Assembly (NCBI GenBank): GCA_022827835.1
Contig: JAJEIO010000032.1
Coordinates: forward strand, 117,748-181,747
Length of the DNA stretch: 64,000 bases
Direction: 5' to 3'
Source: Candidatus Latescibacterota bacterium
GTDB lineage: Bacteria > Latescibacterota > UBA2968 > UBA8231
Position numbers and translations under genes: made by a program. Shown one piece after another: positions 35,330 through 44,681 of this stretch (positions within the stretch are counted from its first letter, which is position 1; each line of letters begins with the position of its first letter). The notes under the pieces are model-generated. The model had not been told where the DNA came from. It saw only the letters and a program-made list of their open reading frames with translations, and searched no databases.

Positions 35330-36115
35330 ATGACTCCTGAAGAAGCTGTAGAAAAACGCCAACAGTTGTTGCGCGATGGATTCTGCGTCGTTGATAACAT
35401 TCTCAGCGACGAATTCTTACGGGAATTGCGCGATGAGACCGAGCGCATGATGGAGGACTGGGTGCCGCCGCCCGACTTCAAATACCAGGGTCAGCACGTC
35501 ACCGCGCGCGGGGAGGACAATCCGACCATCCAGAAGCTGCTCGACTGGCCTCCTACGCGCCGTGCCCTCGAACAAATGGGTTTGGGCGACTTTGCCAGCA
35601 CAGGTGGCATTATCCTCTTGACCAAAGATCCCGACGAGCCGGCCCTGTACTGGCACCAAGACTGGATGCAGTGGAACGATCCTTTGAGCTGTTCGCCGTG
35701 GCCGCAGATCATTTTTGTGTCCTACTACTTGAGCGATACCTCACGGGAAAACGGCTGTCTCAAAGTTATCCCCGGCACGCATCACAAGCGCATCCCCCTG
35801 CACGACGATATGGTGCCGGCCCATGAGCAAGGGGCGCGTTTTATAGAAGAAGACCACCCGACCATGTTCAGCGACCACCCCGATCAAGTCGATGTCTGTG
35901 TCAAGGCTGGCGACTTGGTGCTGGCCGATGCCCGCGTGTTGCACTCGGCGTATCGCAATCAGACCGACGAACGCCGCACGTTGGTGTTGGCTTGGCACCG
36001 GCGTCCGGAGACTGTGCCTGCCTATTGGACAGATGAAGTGCCGGCCATCATTGCCGAGCGCGACCCAGAAAAAGAATATCCCGGCTCGCGCATCCCCGGC
36101 GAGTTGCTGCAATAG
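35330..36115 (+). CDS. PhyH family Fe(II)/2OG dioxygenase
   Basis: LLRDGFCVVDNIL, YWHQDWM (HxD), VIPGTHHK, VLHSAYRN. Confidence 0.8.
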   Translation: MTPEEAVEKRQQLLRDGFCVVDNILSDEFLRELRDETERMMEDWVPPPDFKYQGQHVTARGEDNPTIQKLLDWPPTRRALEQMGLGDFASTGGIILLTKDPDEPALYWHQDWMQWNDPLSCSPWPQIIFVSYYLSDTSRENGCLKVIPGTHHKRIPLHDDMVPAHEQGARFIEEDHPTMFSDHPDQVDVCVKAGDLVLADARVLHSAYRNQTDERRTLVLAWHRRPETVPAYWTDEVPAIIAERDPEKEYPGSRIPGELLQ

Positions 36116-36186
36116 GATTTTTTGACGATCTGAGCGTCCAATGACCCCATAGATACAAAAACCTTCTACGCAGACGGATGTAGGTT

Positions 36187-37056
36187 ATGACCAGCTTTCA
36201 ATACATTGGGAGTTTGAGGATCGCAACCGTCCTCTGTTTTTCGTTACTACCGGATCAATTGGTAGGTGTAGAAGGAGACTATAATGTGTTGGATCGGTCG
36301 GAGGTGTTGGCGGCGATGCGGGAGCATTATGGTAATTATGAAGAACTAACATCGACGACCAATGGCGCGTGGTTGGCGGATGTGGTGCTTTCTCTTGCGC
36401 GGCAAGCTCGGGAGCGCGATCCGGACGGCCCGCCCCTGTTTATCGGGCACGAGGAGTGGTTCCGGTCGTTTTTGGCGGTGACCGGGCATACAGAGCATAC
36501 GGCACCGCGGTACGCCCTGCTAAACTATCGCTACGAACAGAATATGGAAGTGGACTATCGGCTGGATCGAGTCATCCGCGAGGTGGTGGAAGGGCCGATG
36601 CCGGAACTGGCCTTGAATGTGCGGATTAGCTGGGAGGACGGGCCGGGTAGGCCAGACCGGTATTCGTACATAGATACGCTTTCGACGCCGACTGTTAGGG
36701 TGACTAATCGGCAGATGATTACCTATCGCTTGCTGGATTTTGGCGATTGGATTGTTTACGACGAGATCGAGGGGATTACAGTGCGTCCAGAGTCCGGCGT
36801 ATTAGCTCTTCTTTTTCAGCTTATTGGCGAGGGACATATGACACATTCCCGCATAGCCGTTGCAAAGGACGGCATTCAGGTGGCGCGGACGAGGGCAGAG
36901 AAGGCGTATATGAAAGTGATGATCACGGTGGCGATCTATCCAGATGGGACTGTAGAGAGGGATTTGCCGGAGGGCCGAACAGACCTGCTGGAACTGGAGG
37001 AGCGGCTCAAGCAGCCGATGGAAATTGATTATGTGGAATTCCCGAGCGATAGGTAA
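36187..37056 (+). CDS. Secreted hypothetical protein, tandem paralogue A
   Basis: 289 aa. Signal-like LRIATVLCFSLLP. No recognisable domain. About 75% identical by eye to the next gene. Confidence 0.65.
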   Translation: MTSFQYIGSLRIATVLCFSLLPDQLVGVEGDYNVLDRSEVLAAMREHYGNYEELTSTTNGAWLADVVLSLARQARERDPDGPPLFIGHEEWFRSFLAVTGHTEHTAPRYALLNYRYEQNMEVDYRLDRVIREVVEGPMPELALNVRISWEDGPGRPDRYSYIDTLSTPTVRVTNRQMITYRLLDFGDWIVYDEIEGITVRPESGVLALLFQLIGEGHMTHSRIAVAKDGIQVARTRAEKAYMKVMITVAIYPDGTVERDLPEGRTDLLELEERLKQPMEIDYVEFPSDR

Positions 37057-37909
37057 TGTCGGCAGGAGGTTGAGGATTGTAACCGTCCTCTGTTTTTTGC
37101 TACTGCCCGGTTCGCTGGCGGGTGCAGAGGAAGCGTATAATGTGGTGGATCGGTCGGAGGTGCTGGCGGCGATGCGGCAGCATGGTGATTACGATCCGAC
37201 CGCGACGACTAATGGTGCGCGGTTTCAGGCGGAAGCGGTGTTTTATCTTGCGCGGCAAGCTAGGGAGCGCAATCCGGACGGTCCGCCACTGTTTATAGGG
37301 TATGAGGATTGGTTTAGAGCTTTTTTGGAGGTGACTGGGCGGACGGAGCATACAGCGCCTCAGTTTGCGCTGCTGAGCTATCAACACCGACAGAATATGG
37401 AAGTGGACTATCGGCTAGATCGGGTCATTCGGGAGATAAAGGAAGGGCCGATGCCGGAACTGGCCGTGAATGTGCGGATCAGTTGGGAGGATGAGCCGGG
37501 TAAGCCAGACCGGTATTCGTACTTAGATACGCTTTCGACGCCGCGTTTTAAGGTCACTAATTGGCAGGTAATGACCTATCGCTTGCTGGATTTTGGGGAT
37601 TGGGCTGTGTACGATGAGATTGAGGGGATTACAGGGCGTCCAATGTCCGGCGTGTTGGCTCTTCTCTTTCGGGTTATTGGCGAGGGACGTATTGCACACT
37701 CTCGCATGGCCATTTCAGAGGACGGCATTCAGGTGTCGCGGACGGCGGCAGAGAAGGCATTTATGGGAGTGACGACTACGGTGACGGTGCATCCTGATGG
37801 GATTATGGAGAAGGATGTGCCGGAGGGGAGATCGGATCTGTTGGAACTAGAGAAGCGGCTCAAGCAGCCAATGGAAATTGATTATGTGGAGTTCTTGGAC
37901 GGTAGATAG
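36217..37909 (+). repeat. Tandem duplication of a whole gene (period about 843-856 bp)
   Basis: Anchors: ggatcggtcggaggtg at 36291 and 37147; gcagcc(g/a)atggaaattgattatgtgga at 37021 and 37864. Confidence 0.85.
37025..37909 (+). CDS. Secreted hypothetical protein, tandem paralogue B
   Basis: 294 aa. RRLRIVTVLCFLLLPGSLAGA. Colinear with paralogue A through the shared C-terminus KQPMEIDYVEF. The exact start is uncertain; the ORF overlaps A by 32 nt. Confidence 0.65.
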   Translation: MIMWNSRAIGNVGRRLRIVTVLCFLLLPGSLAGAEEAYNVVDRSEVLAAMRQHGDYDPTATTNGARFQAEAVFYLARQARERNPDGPPLFIGYEDWFRAFLEVTGRTEHTAPQFALLSYQHRQNMEVDYRLDRVIREIKEGPMPELAVNVRISWEDEPGKPDRYSYLDTLSTPRFKVTNWQVMTYRLLDFGDWAVYDEIEGITGRPMSGVLALLFRVIGEGRIAHSRMAISEDGIQVSRTAAEKAFMGVTTTVTVHPDGIMEKDVPEGRSDLLELEKRLKQPMEIDYVEFLDGR

Positions 37910-37951
37910 TATTCAGTCGAGAAGCATAGATTTGTTGAGAAAAAAATCAAG

Positions 37952-38719
37952 GTGAGCGAATCCGTCGAACGCTTTTACGATGATCTAGCTGCTGAGTACC
38001 ATCACGTTTACGCCGACTGGGAATCGGGAATCGAACGGCAGGCATCCGTGCTAGATCAGTTGATCCAATGTGAGTCTTCAGCGGGTAAGTCGGTTGTTCT
38101 AGACTGTTCCTGCGGAATAGGCACCCAGGCAATTGGCCTAGCGCAGCGAGGATACAAAGTCTTCGCGTCCGATCTCAGTCCGAAGGCGGTCGCACGGGCA
38201 GAAGCAGAAGCAGCCAAGCGAGAGCTAAATGTGCGATTCGCGGTTGCCGATGTTCGCGAGTTGGAATGTGCGTTTGACCAGAAGTTCGACGTAGTGATCA
38301 GCTGTGACAATTCCCTGCCGCATCTTTTAACTGACGAGGATTTAACGCTTGCTCTGCGAAATATCCGGCGCGTACTGACGGACAAAGGATTGTTTGTTGC
38401 CAGTATTCGCGATTACGATCGGTTACTCGCGGAAAAACCATCGTTTGTAGCTATGAATCCTGGCGGTACACATGAGGAAGAAGTAATAGTGTTTCAGATC
38501 TGGGACTGGTCCAAGGAATCAGATACCTATCTATTGCGGCTTTTTATAATGAGTCGGGCGGCGAGTGACTGGCGGGTGAAGGAGATCAAGACTCGTTACA
38601 GAGCAATAAGACGCAACGAGCTTACTGCGGCCTTGGAGTCAGCCGGATTTGCAAAAGTCGCTTGGCATAAGCCTGAGCAATCTGGCTATTTTCAACCTAT
38701 TGTGACGGCGCGGGCCTAA
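37952..38719 (+). CDS. Class I SAM-dependent methyltransferase (glycine/sarcosine N-methyltransferase-like)
   Basis: GTG start. FYDDLAAEYHHVYADW, VLDCSCGIGTQAIGLAQRGYKVFASDLS (motif I), SIRDYDRLL (GNMT-like). Confidence 0.65.
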   Translation: MSESVERFYDDLAAEYHHVYADWESGIERQASVLDQLIQCESSAGKSVVLDCSCGIGTQAIGLAQRGYKVFASDLSPKAVARAEAEAAKRELNVRFAVADVRELECAFDQKFDVVISCDNSLPHLLTDEDLTLALRNIRRVLTDKGLFVASIRDYDRLLAEKPSFVAMNPGGTHEEEVIVFQIWDWSKESDTYLLRLFIMSRAASDWRVKEIKTRYRAIRRNELTAALESAGFAKVAWHKPEQSGYFQPIVTARA

Positions 38720-38766
38720 ACGAGTAGCAAATTCTTAGACTTCGACAAAGAGTTAGGAGATAAACT

Positions 38767-39465
38767 ATGGTTGACAAATCAATTCTGCAGGAACAAGTCG
38801 CCTATTACCGGGCGCGCGCTGATGAGTATGACGAGTGGCATTCGCGCCAAGGACGATACGACCGGGGCGACGAGCACAACCTTCAGTGGCATGCAGAATT
38901 GGATGCTGTGCGATCGGCACTTGAGCGGGAGAGGCCGTTCGGCAAGTGTCTTGAGCTCGCTTGCGGCACGGGATTGTGGACGGCATGTCTGGTACAGGGT
39001 ACTGATGACCTGACGGCCATAGATTCTTCTCCCGAGACGATTGGGATCAATCGCACTAAGATTGGTAATGCTCCGGTGCAGTATGTGGTGGCAGATCTTT
39101 TCGAGTGGTGGCCAACCGAAACGTATGATTTCGTCTTTTTTGGTTTCTGGTTGTCGCACGTTCCAGCACAACAATTCAATCGGTTATGGGAGATGGTTCG
39201 CGTCGCTCTAAAGCCGGGGGGTAGAGCTTTTTTTGTTGACGGTCTGGCGACTCAGGAATCAACCGCACGGGATCACGCTGCAATCGACGATTCGGGCGTA
39301 ATGGAACGGAAGCTGAACGATGGCCGGACATTTAATATCGTAAAAGTATTCTACGACCCGAATCAGTTGGAACGGCAATTGCGCGATCTTGGCTGGAATG
39401 GCTCAGTTGGAACAACCGGAGAGTTTTTTTACTACGGTTGCATGGTGCCGACAGAAATTGGCTGA
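38767..39465 (+). CDS. Class I SAM-dependent methyltransferase
   Basis: CLELACGTGLWTACL (motif I), AIDSSPE, LKPGGRAFFVD. Confidence 0.7.
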   Translation: MVDKSILQEQVAYYRARADEYDEWHSRQGRYDRGDEHNLQWHAELDAVRSALERERPFGKCLELACGTGLWTACLVQGTDDLTAIDSSPETIGINRTKIGNAPVQYVVADLFEWWPTETYDFVFFGFWLSHVPAQQFNRLWEMVRVALKPGGRAFFVDGLATQESTARDHAAIDDSGVMERKLNDGRTFNIVKVFYDPNQLERQLRDLGWNGSVGTTGEFFYYGCMVPTEIG

Positions 39466-39551
39466 CGAGCGGATACGTATAACTAGCGCCGCAATTTCCT
39501 ATAGTGGATTTACTTGGGCGACGATCACTAATTTTCGACTCTACTATCGCG

Positions 39552-40421
39552 TCATATCAGATTGCCTTCGACGTGGACGGGACGGAAGAGCGTGCGGCGC
39601 TTGGGCGGCATGGCTTCGAGCGCTTCGGGGTGAGGTTGCCACTTGTGCCATTTGCTATCGACGTAATTGTAGCGGCTGAAGATGGCGCAGCGCTCGTGGT
39701 TGGTGCTGCCCCACGGAGAAGCGGTATGGGTGGTGCTCTCTGCGAAAATGAGTAGGGAGCCGGCCGGACACGTGTAGCGAGTCCAAAGGTCCGAATCGAG
39801 GTTTTGGGCTCCAGCGGGCAGGGGAAAGGCGGCCTTGTGGCTGCCATTGATAAACAGAGTGCCGCCGCTGGCTTCGACCTCGTTCAATTCCCACACCACG
39901 CAGGTCAAGCTACTGCGCGCCTTGCCGGGCACGCAGCGGTAGTTGTGTCCGTCGCCGGGCAGGCGCCACAGGCCATTGCCGTTGTGGGGTCCAAAGCCCC
40001 CTTCTCCGGTCTGGCGCATAGCTAGGCTGGTCGATTCCATGCGAAAACCGTAGCAGTCTTGGCTCGACAGGTCGGGATTGGCGAGGAATTCGTTCATAAA
40101 ACCGACGATGAAGGGGTGGTCGGTCAGTTCTTCCAAAGGGCCGCCAATAGGGCTGCGCTGCGGCTCTGGCAGCGATTCAGGCTCTTGGTGCAAGCGGTAG
40201 CAAAAGGCCCGCATCTCCTCCACTTCGTCTTCGCTGAGCAGACCGGGTATCAATAGCCAACCCTGGGTATCGAACAAGTACCTCTGTTCTGGCGTCGGAT
40301 CAATTACCGGCTTGCTAGCGGCATTGGTTCGAGGTAGGTCAACCTCGTCTATTTCGACGTAGCCGACGCGGCTCTGTTGAAAGAGGAGGGGCTTGGCAGT
40401 GCTGGGGTCAGGTGCGGACAT
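39552..40421 (-). CDS. PhyH-like oxygenase, divergent (H-N-G in place of HxD)
   Basis: ORF 39552..40457. ATG 40421 preferred. YLFDTQGWLLIPGLL, GFGPHNGNG, FINGSHKAAF, STTHTASPW. Confidence 0.65.
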   Translation of the reverse strand: MSAPDPSTAKPLLFQQSRVGYVEIDEVDLPRTNAASKPVIDPTPEQRYLFDTQGWLLIPGLLSEDEVEEMRAFCYRLHQEPESLPEPQRSPIGGPLEELTDHPFIVGFMNEFLANPDLSSQDCYGFRMESTSLAMRQTGEGGFGPHNGNGLWRLPGDGHNYRCVPGKARSSLTCVVWELNEVEASGGTLFINGSHKAAFPLPAGAQNLDSDLWTRYTCPAGSLLIFAESTTHTASPWGSTNHERCAIFSRYNYVDSKWHKWQPHPEALEAMPPKRRTLFRPVHVEGNLI

Positions 40422-40509
40422 GGCTATTCCTTTCTCTGCTTTGGCTGGTGGGCCCAACGAAGATAAGGCAATGAAGTTAGTCGCGCACGGACAGGGAGGG
40501 AATACTACA

Positions 40510-41328
40510 TCAGCTAGCCGCGATCACTTCGCGCAGATGGGCTACGGCCAAGCGCATGCATTCTTCGTGGCTGCAACTATTGAACTCGCCTAGTTCGAAG
40601 ACCAAGCCAATTGTGCCGTTGAAATCCACCCCGCGCAGAATTTCTAATACGCGCCTGTAGTCGATAAACTCCTCAACGCCGCTGTCGATCTTGTAGATTT
40701 TGGCCCGCACGTACGTGGCAAAAGGCGCAGTCGGCTCCAGATAGTCTTTGTACAAATCGACATTCGGATCGAACTCGCCGCGCGGATGCGAGCCAATGGC
40801 CCCCAGCCACTGTCCGGTATCCAATAGGAAACTGAAATTGTCGCGCTCGGTCTCGCGCAGAATGCGCAACACTTGATCCTCGGTCATGGCAAAACTGCCG
40901 TTGTCGTGGTTTTGCAGGGCGACCATGACCCCGCGTTGGGCCGCGTAGTCGGCAATCGCTTGGAAATCCTCGATCATCGGACGCCACAGGGCCTCTTGTT
41001 CCTCGACGGTACTCGGCCACTTGTGGCGCGCGAAAACGCGCAGTATCTGCGCTCCTAGCAAAGCTGCGGCATCGACGTCGGCGCGGCCCTGCTCCATCCG
41101 CTTGGCCCGATCCTTGGGCGGCCCTACAAAGCTGCCGGCTCCGGCATAGCCAATGTTTAACCCGCTTTTGAGACAGAGGCTCTTGACGTGGTTGATGTAC
41201 TGGACGCTGCGGTCCATGCCCGACAAATGGAAATCGACGCCGTCTAGCTGCAACTGGCGGGCTTGTTCGACGACCTGGTCAATGGTGGTAGTGGGTGTCT
41301 CGCGGGCCATTGTGCTCAATTTGATCAC
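40510..41328 (-). CDS. Sugar phosphate isomerase/epimerase (xylose isomerase-like TIM barrel)
   Basis: GVDFHLSG, LGAQILRVFA, GVMVALQNHD. Follows the epimerase gene by 3 nt. Confidence 0.75.
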   Translation of the reverse strand: MIKLSTMARETPTTTIDQVVEQARQLQLDGVDFHLSGMDRSVQYINHVKSLCLKSGLNIGYAGAGSFVGPPKDRAKRMEQGRADVDAAALLGAQILRVFARHKWPSTVEEQEALWRPMIEDFQAIADYAAQRGVMVALQNHDNGSFAMTEDQVLRILRETERDNFSFLLDTGQWLGAIGSHPRGEFDPNVDLYKDYLEPTAPFATYVRAKIYKIDSGVEEFIDYRRVLEILRGVDFNGTIGLVFELGEFNSCSHEECMRLAVAHLREVIAAS

Positions 41329-41331
41329 AGC

Positions 41332-42018
41332 TTATTCCTCCTCGGGCTGCCAGTCCGATTTATCCTGCGGATAGTAGCCAATGGCGCGCCGCCCGTGGTC
41401 GAGGTCGTAGCGCGGCCAAGTACTGTCCGACACTCCGTACACGATCTCGTAGCGCACCCCGGGGTGTACCACGGCCTGCTCAAAGACTCGCACGGCATCG
41501 CCGTGGCTGAGATGGTGCGGATGCTCGGGCTGATCGCGCTTGAGGCTAAAATTGCCTATGCGCACTGCGACGAACTCCAAGTCGTGCCTCTGGGAGTAGG
41601 AATACCCCATGTGCTCGCCGAATAGCTTGCTGATCGTATAGTAGCCCAGTGGCTGGGGAGGTATATCAACGCGGCGCATAACGTCTTCAGGCAGGGGTCC
41701 GTGTACTCCGGCGCGACTGGCGTACGCCACCCGACGCACTCCTTGGATGCGGGCTGCCTCCAACATATTGTACGTGCCGATAAAGTTGCTGGACAGGGCC
41801 TTTTCCCACTCGCTATCGACGCCCGTCAAATGGATGATGGCCTCCATGCCCTTGGCGGCTGCCAACAAAGCATCGTAATCGGCCACATCGCCCACTTGGC
41901 TGTCTGCTAGGTCGGGCATTTCCACGCGGTCAAAACCGCGCAATTGGTGGCGCTGTCCCATCCCCTTGACGAGCGTGGAGCCGACCGCTCCGGCGGCACC
42001 GGTAATGAGTATTTTCAT
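41332..42018 (-). CDS. NAD-dependent epimerase/dehydratase (short SDR)
   Basis: ORF 41332..42072. ATG 42018 gives MKILITGAAGAVGSTLV (Rossmann). Confidence 0.8.
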   Translation of the reverse strand: MKILITGAAGAVGSTLVKGMGQRHQLRGFDRVEMPDLADSQVGDVADYDALLAAAKGMEAIIHLTGVDSEWEKALSSNFIGTYNMLEAARIQGVRRVAYASRAGVHGPLPEDVMRRVDIPPQPLGYYTISKLFGEHMGYSYSQRHDLEFVAVRIGNFSLKRDQPEHPHHLSHGDAVRVFEQAVVHPGVRYEIVYGVSDSTWPRYDLDHGRRAIGYYPQDKSDWQPEEE

Positions 42019-42113
42019 GGCTTCCCCTTCTGCTGTTGCGTTATTTGACGAGCATTTGGGCCTTGCATACACTCAAATCCAAGCCCTTGAAACAAAATAC
42101 TTTGAGTCCTCTT

Positions 42114-43079
42114 ATGCAATCCATTATTCCCAAGGACATCCGCCCGGCCTATCCCGCTGCGATCCCCGCCTCGGCTGTGCGCTCGAAGCTGGTGGAATTG
42201 CTCGGCCTAGAAGAGATTCCCGCTGCGATCGACTACACCACAGAGAGCCGGCAAGAAGAGGACGGCCTTTGTACTACGCGGATAAGGTACGAGAATTCGC
42301 TGGGCGAGACCGTGCCGGGAATTCTCATGGTAGCGCAGGAAAAATCGGCGTGCATACGGCCTGGTATTGTCTGCGTTCCCGGCACCGGGGGGACGGCCGA
42401 CGAGATCGCCCACCCGCACTTTTTTATGCAACGGAAGCTAATGGGTTGGGCGCGCGAATTGGCGCGCCGAGGCTTTGCAACGCTGGCCATTTCTCCCAAA
42501 GGATGCGAGATGCGGCGCAGCAGCCTTGAAGAATGGGCGACCGAAAACAAGCTACTGGCACCGTACGGTCGCACGCAGATGGGTGTACTGGTCGAGGAAA
42601 CCCTCAAAGGGGCGCGGCTTTTGGCCGCTATCCCGGGGGTGGATGCCAACCGGATCGGGCTGACCGGGATGTCGCTGGGTGGCAATGCGACTTGGTATGC
42701 GATGGCGTGCGCCCCGTGGATCTGGGCTGGGGTGCCCATCTGCGGCGGGGTGGGCAGCATGGCGCGAGTAATCCACCACACTGCCGCAGACCGCCACAGC
42801 GCCTATTACTTTATACCCCATCTACTACGGCATTTCGATCACGCCGCAATCGTCGCGGCCTGTATGCCGCCGCGCCCCTTTATGATGATCGCCCCGACCG
42901 AGGATGAAGATATGCCCCGCGAGGGCGTTGATGGGCTGATCCCGGTCGTCTCCCGGGCGTATGCAGAGGCGGGCTGTCCAGAGCACTTCCAAGTTCGCCA
43001 GCCAGAAGGCAACCACGCCTTCCTCGTCGAGTATTTTGAATGGATGGCCGACTGGTTCGCCGAGGCTATCAGAGCTTGA
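42114..43079 (+). CDS. Alpha/beta hydrolase (acetyl-xylan-esterase/dienelactone-hydrolase-like)
   Basis: ORF 42036..43079. ATG 42114 preferred. The nucleophile elbow is IGLTGMSLGGN. Confidence 0.7.
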   Translation: MQSIIPKDIRPAYPAAIPASAVRSKLVELLGLEEIPAAIDYTTESRQEEDGLCTTRIRYENSLGETVPGILMVAQEKSACIRPGIVCVPGTGGTADEIAHPHFFMQRKLMGWARELARRGFATLAISPKGCEMRRSSLEEWATENKLLAPYGRTQMGVLVEETLKGARLLAAIPGVDANRIGLTGMSLGGNATWYAMACAPWIWAGVPICGGVGSMARVIHHTAADRHSAYYFIPHLLRHFDHAAIVAACMPPRPFMMIAPTEDEDMPREGVDGLIPVVSRAYAEAGCPEHFQVRQPEGNHAFLVEYFEWMADWFAEAIRA

Positions 43080-43080
43080 T

Positions 43081-43671
43081 TTACTCTGCGTTGGCCTCGA
43101 TCAATACCTGAATTTTTACTTCGTCTCCGAGCACGGCGCTGAAGCGTTCCCAGCTATTGACTCCGTAATCGGAGCAGAGGATGGAAAAATTAGTTTCTAG
43201 GCCGATCTGCGCCTTGCCACCCCTCGGATTGATGCCGGTGCCGAGGATCTCGATGGGCAGGGTGACCTCTTTGGTGGTGCCGTGCATGGTCAGTTTGCCC
43301 TTGACGTTGAGGGTGTTTTCGCCCGCGCTGGTCACCTCGGTAGATTCGAAGGTGATCGTGGGATACTCTTCGGCAGCGAAGAAGTCAGGGCTTTGCAGGT
43401 GGCCATCGCGGCGCTCGTTGCCGGTGTCGATGCTCTTGACCTGAATGGTGCCGGAGAAGCTGGCGGAGTCAGGCTTGGCAGCGTCGTAGCTGATGGTGCC
43501 GCTGAAGTCTCCGAAGCGGCCCTTGGTGCGGCCGACGAGGTGGCGAATGCTGAAATCGACCGAAGAGTGCGAAGCATCGACTACGTAGGTTTCCGCCAAA
43601 GTTGTCTCGGCGGTCAGGGCGAACGTCAGAGCGGCAATCCATGCGAAGCGGAGTGCATTGGGGCGAGTCAT
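43081..43671 (-). CDS. YceI family periplasmic protein
   Basis: Signal peptide MTRPNALRFAWIAALTFALTAETTLA. YVVDASHSSVDFSIRHL, VKSIDTGNERRDGHLQSPDFF, TMHGTTKEVTLP. Confidence 0.9.
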   Translation of the reverse strand: MTRPNALRFAWIAALTFALTAETTLAETYVVDASHSSVDFSIRHLVGRTKGRFGDFSGTISYDAAKPDSASFSGTIQVKSIDTGNERRDGHLQSPDFFAAEEYPTITFESTEVTSAGENTLNVKGKLTMHGTTKEVTLPIEILGTGINPRGGKAQIGLETNFSILCSDYGVNSWERFSAVLGDEVKIQVLIEANAE

Positions 43672-43802
43672 GGAAATCTCCTTGGCTATTGATGTGAGAG
43701 TGAATCAGGTATTTTTACCTAAAGATGTCATTTACTATACTACAAAATCTGGCGCTGTAAAATGTGAACCCATAGCAGCCGGGGCAAGTTCCCCGGCAGG
43801 AG

Positions 43803-44657
43803 ATGGCGATGATTAATTTTCCCCGTTCGTCCTTTACTTGGAAGGCCCATCCCTGGAAGCCCGACCCTTATTACAAGTGGCCCGGCGGTTTCGTCGGCGA
43901 GCACGGTCAGGTCTATCACGTGCGTTTTACCTTGGAGGCGCGTTGCGTTTTGCGCGACAGTAGCGGGGCCGAGCTGGCTGAACTCTTTTTGGGCGCGCCC
44001 TGCCGCAGCGAATACACCATTGCCAGCGAAAACCTGTTCCAGATCCCCAGCGGCGAGTGGCGGATGCCCTTTAGCCGCTCCTCAATTCCGGCGATTGCCC
44101 AGCGGCCGAGTACGGAGTCCGAGGCGGTCAGTGCTCGCTCGCTGGCGGAGGCGTACCAGGATTACACCATAGACATTCGCTCCTATCCCGCATCCGAGGC
44201 GCTGGAGGAAGCCGATGCCATTGTGGCCTCGACCTTTGCTGGCGACGCGCAGAACGCCCGCTCGATTTACCAAGATGAGGCGAGTGGTATTGAAGTTGAG
44301 CTTGAATATCCGATCAATGTTATGAACCTCAACGCTGACGATGGTCAGTTCCAGATCTGTACTGGCCCGGTACTCTTGCCGGATCTGGCGACTTGGGATG
44401 GACGCGACGTGCATCGGGTTTTCGTCGCCCATGCGGCCTTCTCGCGCCGAGATCGGGTGGAGTTTATTTTGCGGCGTCCGGTACAAGCCGCGCCCGAGGA
44501 GCGGGTGTGGCTCGACAAGCCCCGAGGCCGCGATCGGCTGGAGTTGCTCGATCCCAATAATCCGCCCCCCGGCTATCCGCCCGAACGTGCCCAGCCGCTG
44601 GTGTACAACGAGATTTGGGATCTGGCCGCGCACAACGCAGTGTTGCGGGCCGATTGA
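43803..44657 (+). CDS. Hypothetical protein
   Basis: 284-aa ORF with coding-like composition, followed 24 nt later by an oxidoreductase gene. No domain recognised. Confidence 0.5.
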   Translation: MAMINFPRSSFTWKAHPWKPDPYYKWPGGFVGEHGQVYHVRFTLEARCVLRDSSGAELAELFLGAPCRSEYTIASENLFQIPSGEWRMPFSRSSIPAIAQRPSTESEAVSARSLAEAYQDYTIDIRSYPASEALEEADAIVASTFAGDAQNARSIYQDEASGIEVELEYPINVMNLNADDGQFQICTGPVLLPDLATWDGRDVHRVFVAHAAFSRRDRVEFILRRPVQAAPEERVWLDKPRGRDRLELLDPNNPPPGYPPERAQPLVYNEIWDLAAHNAVLRAD

Positions 44658-44681
44658 TTTCGATCACAAAGGAGATTGCTC

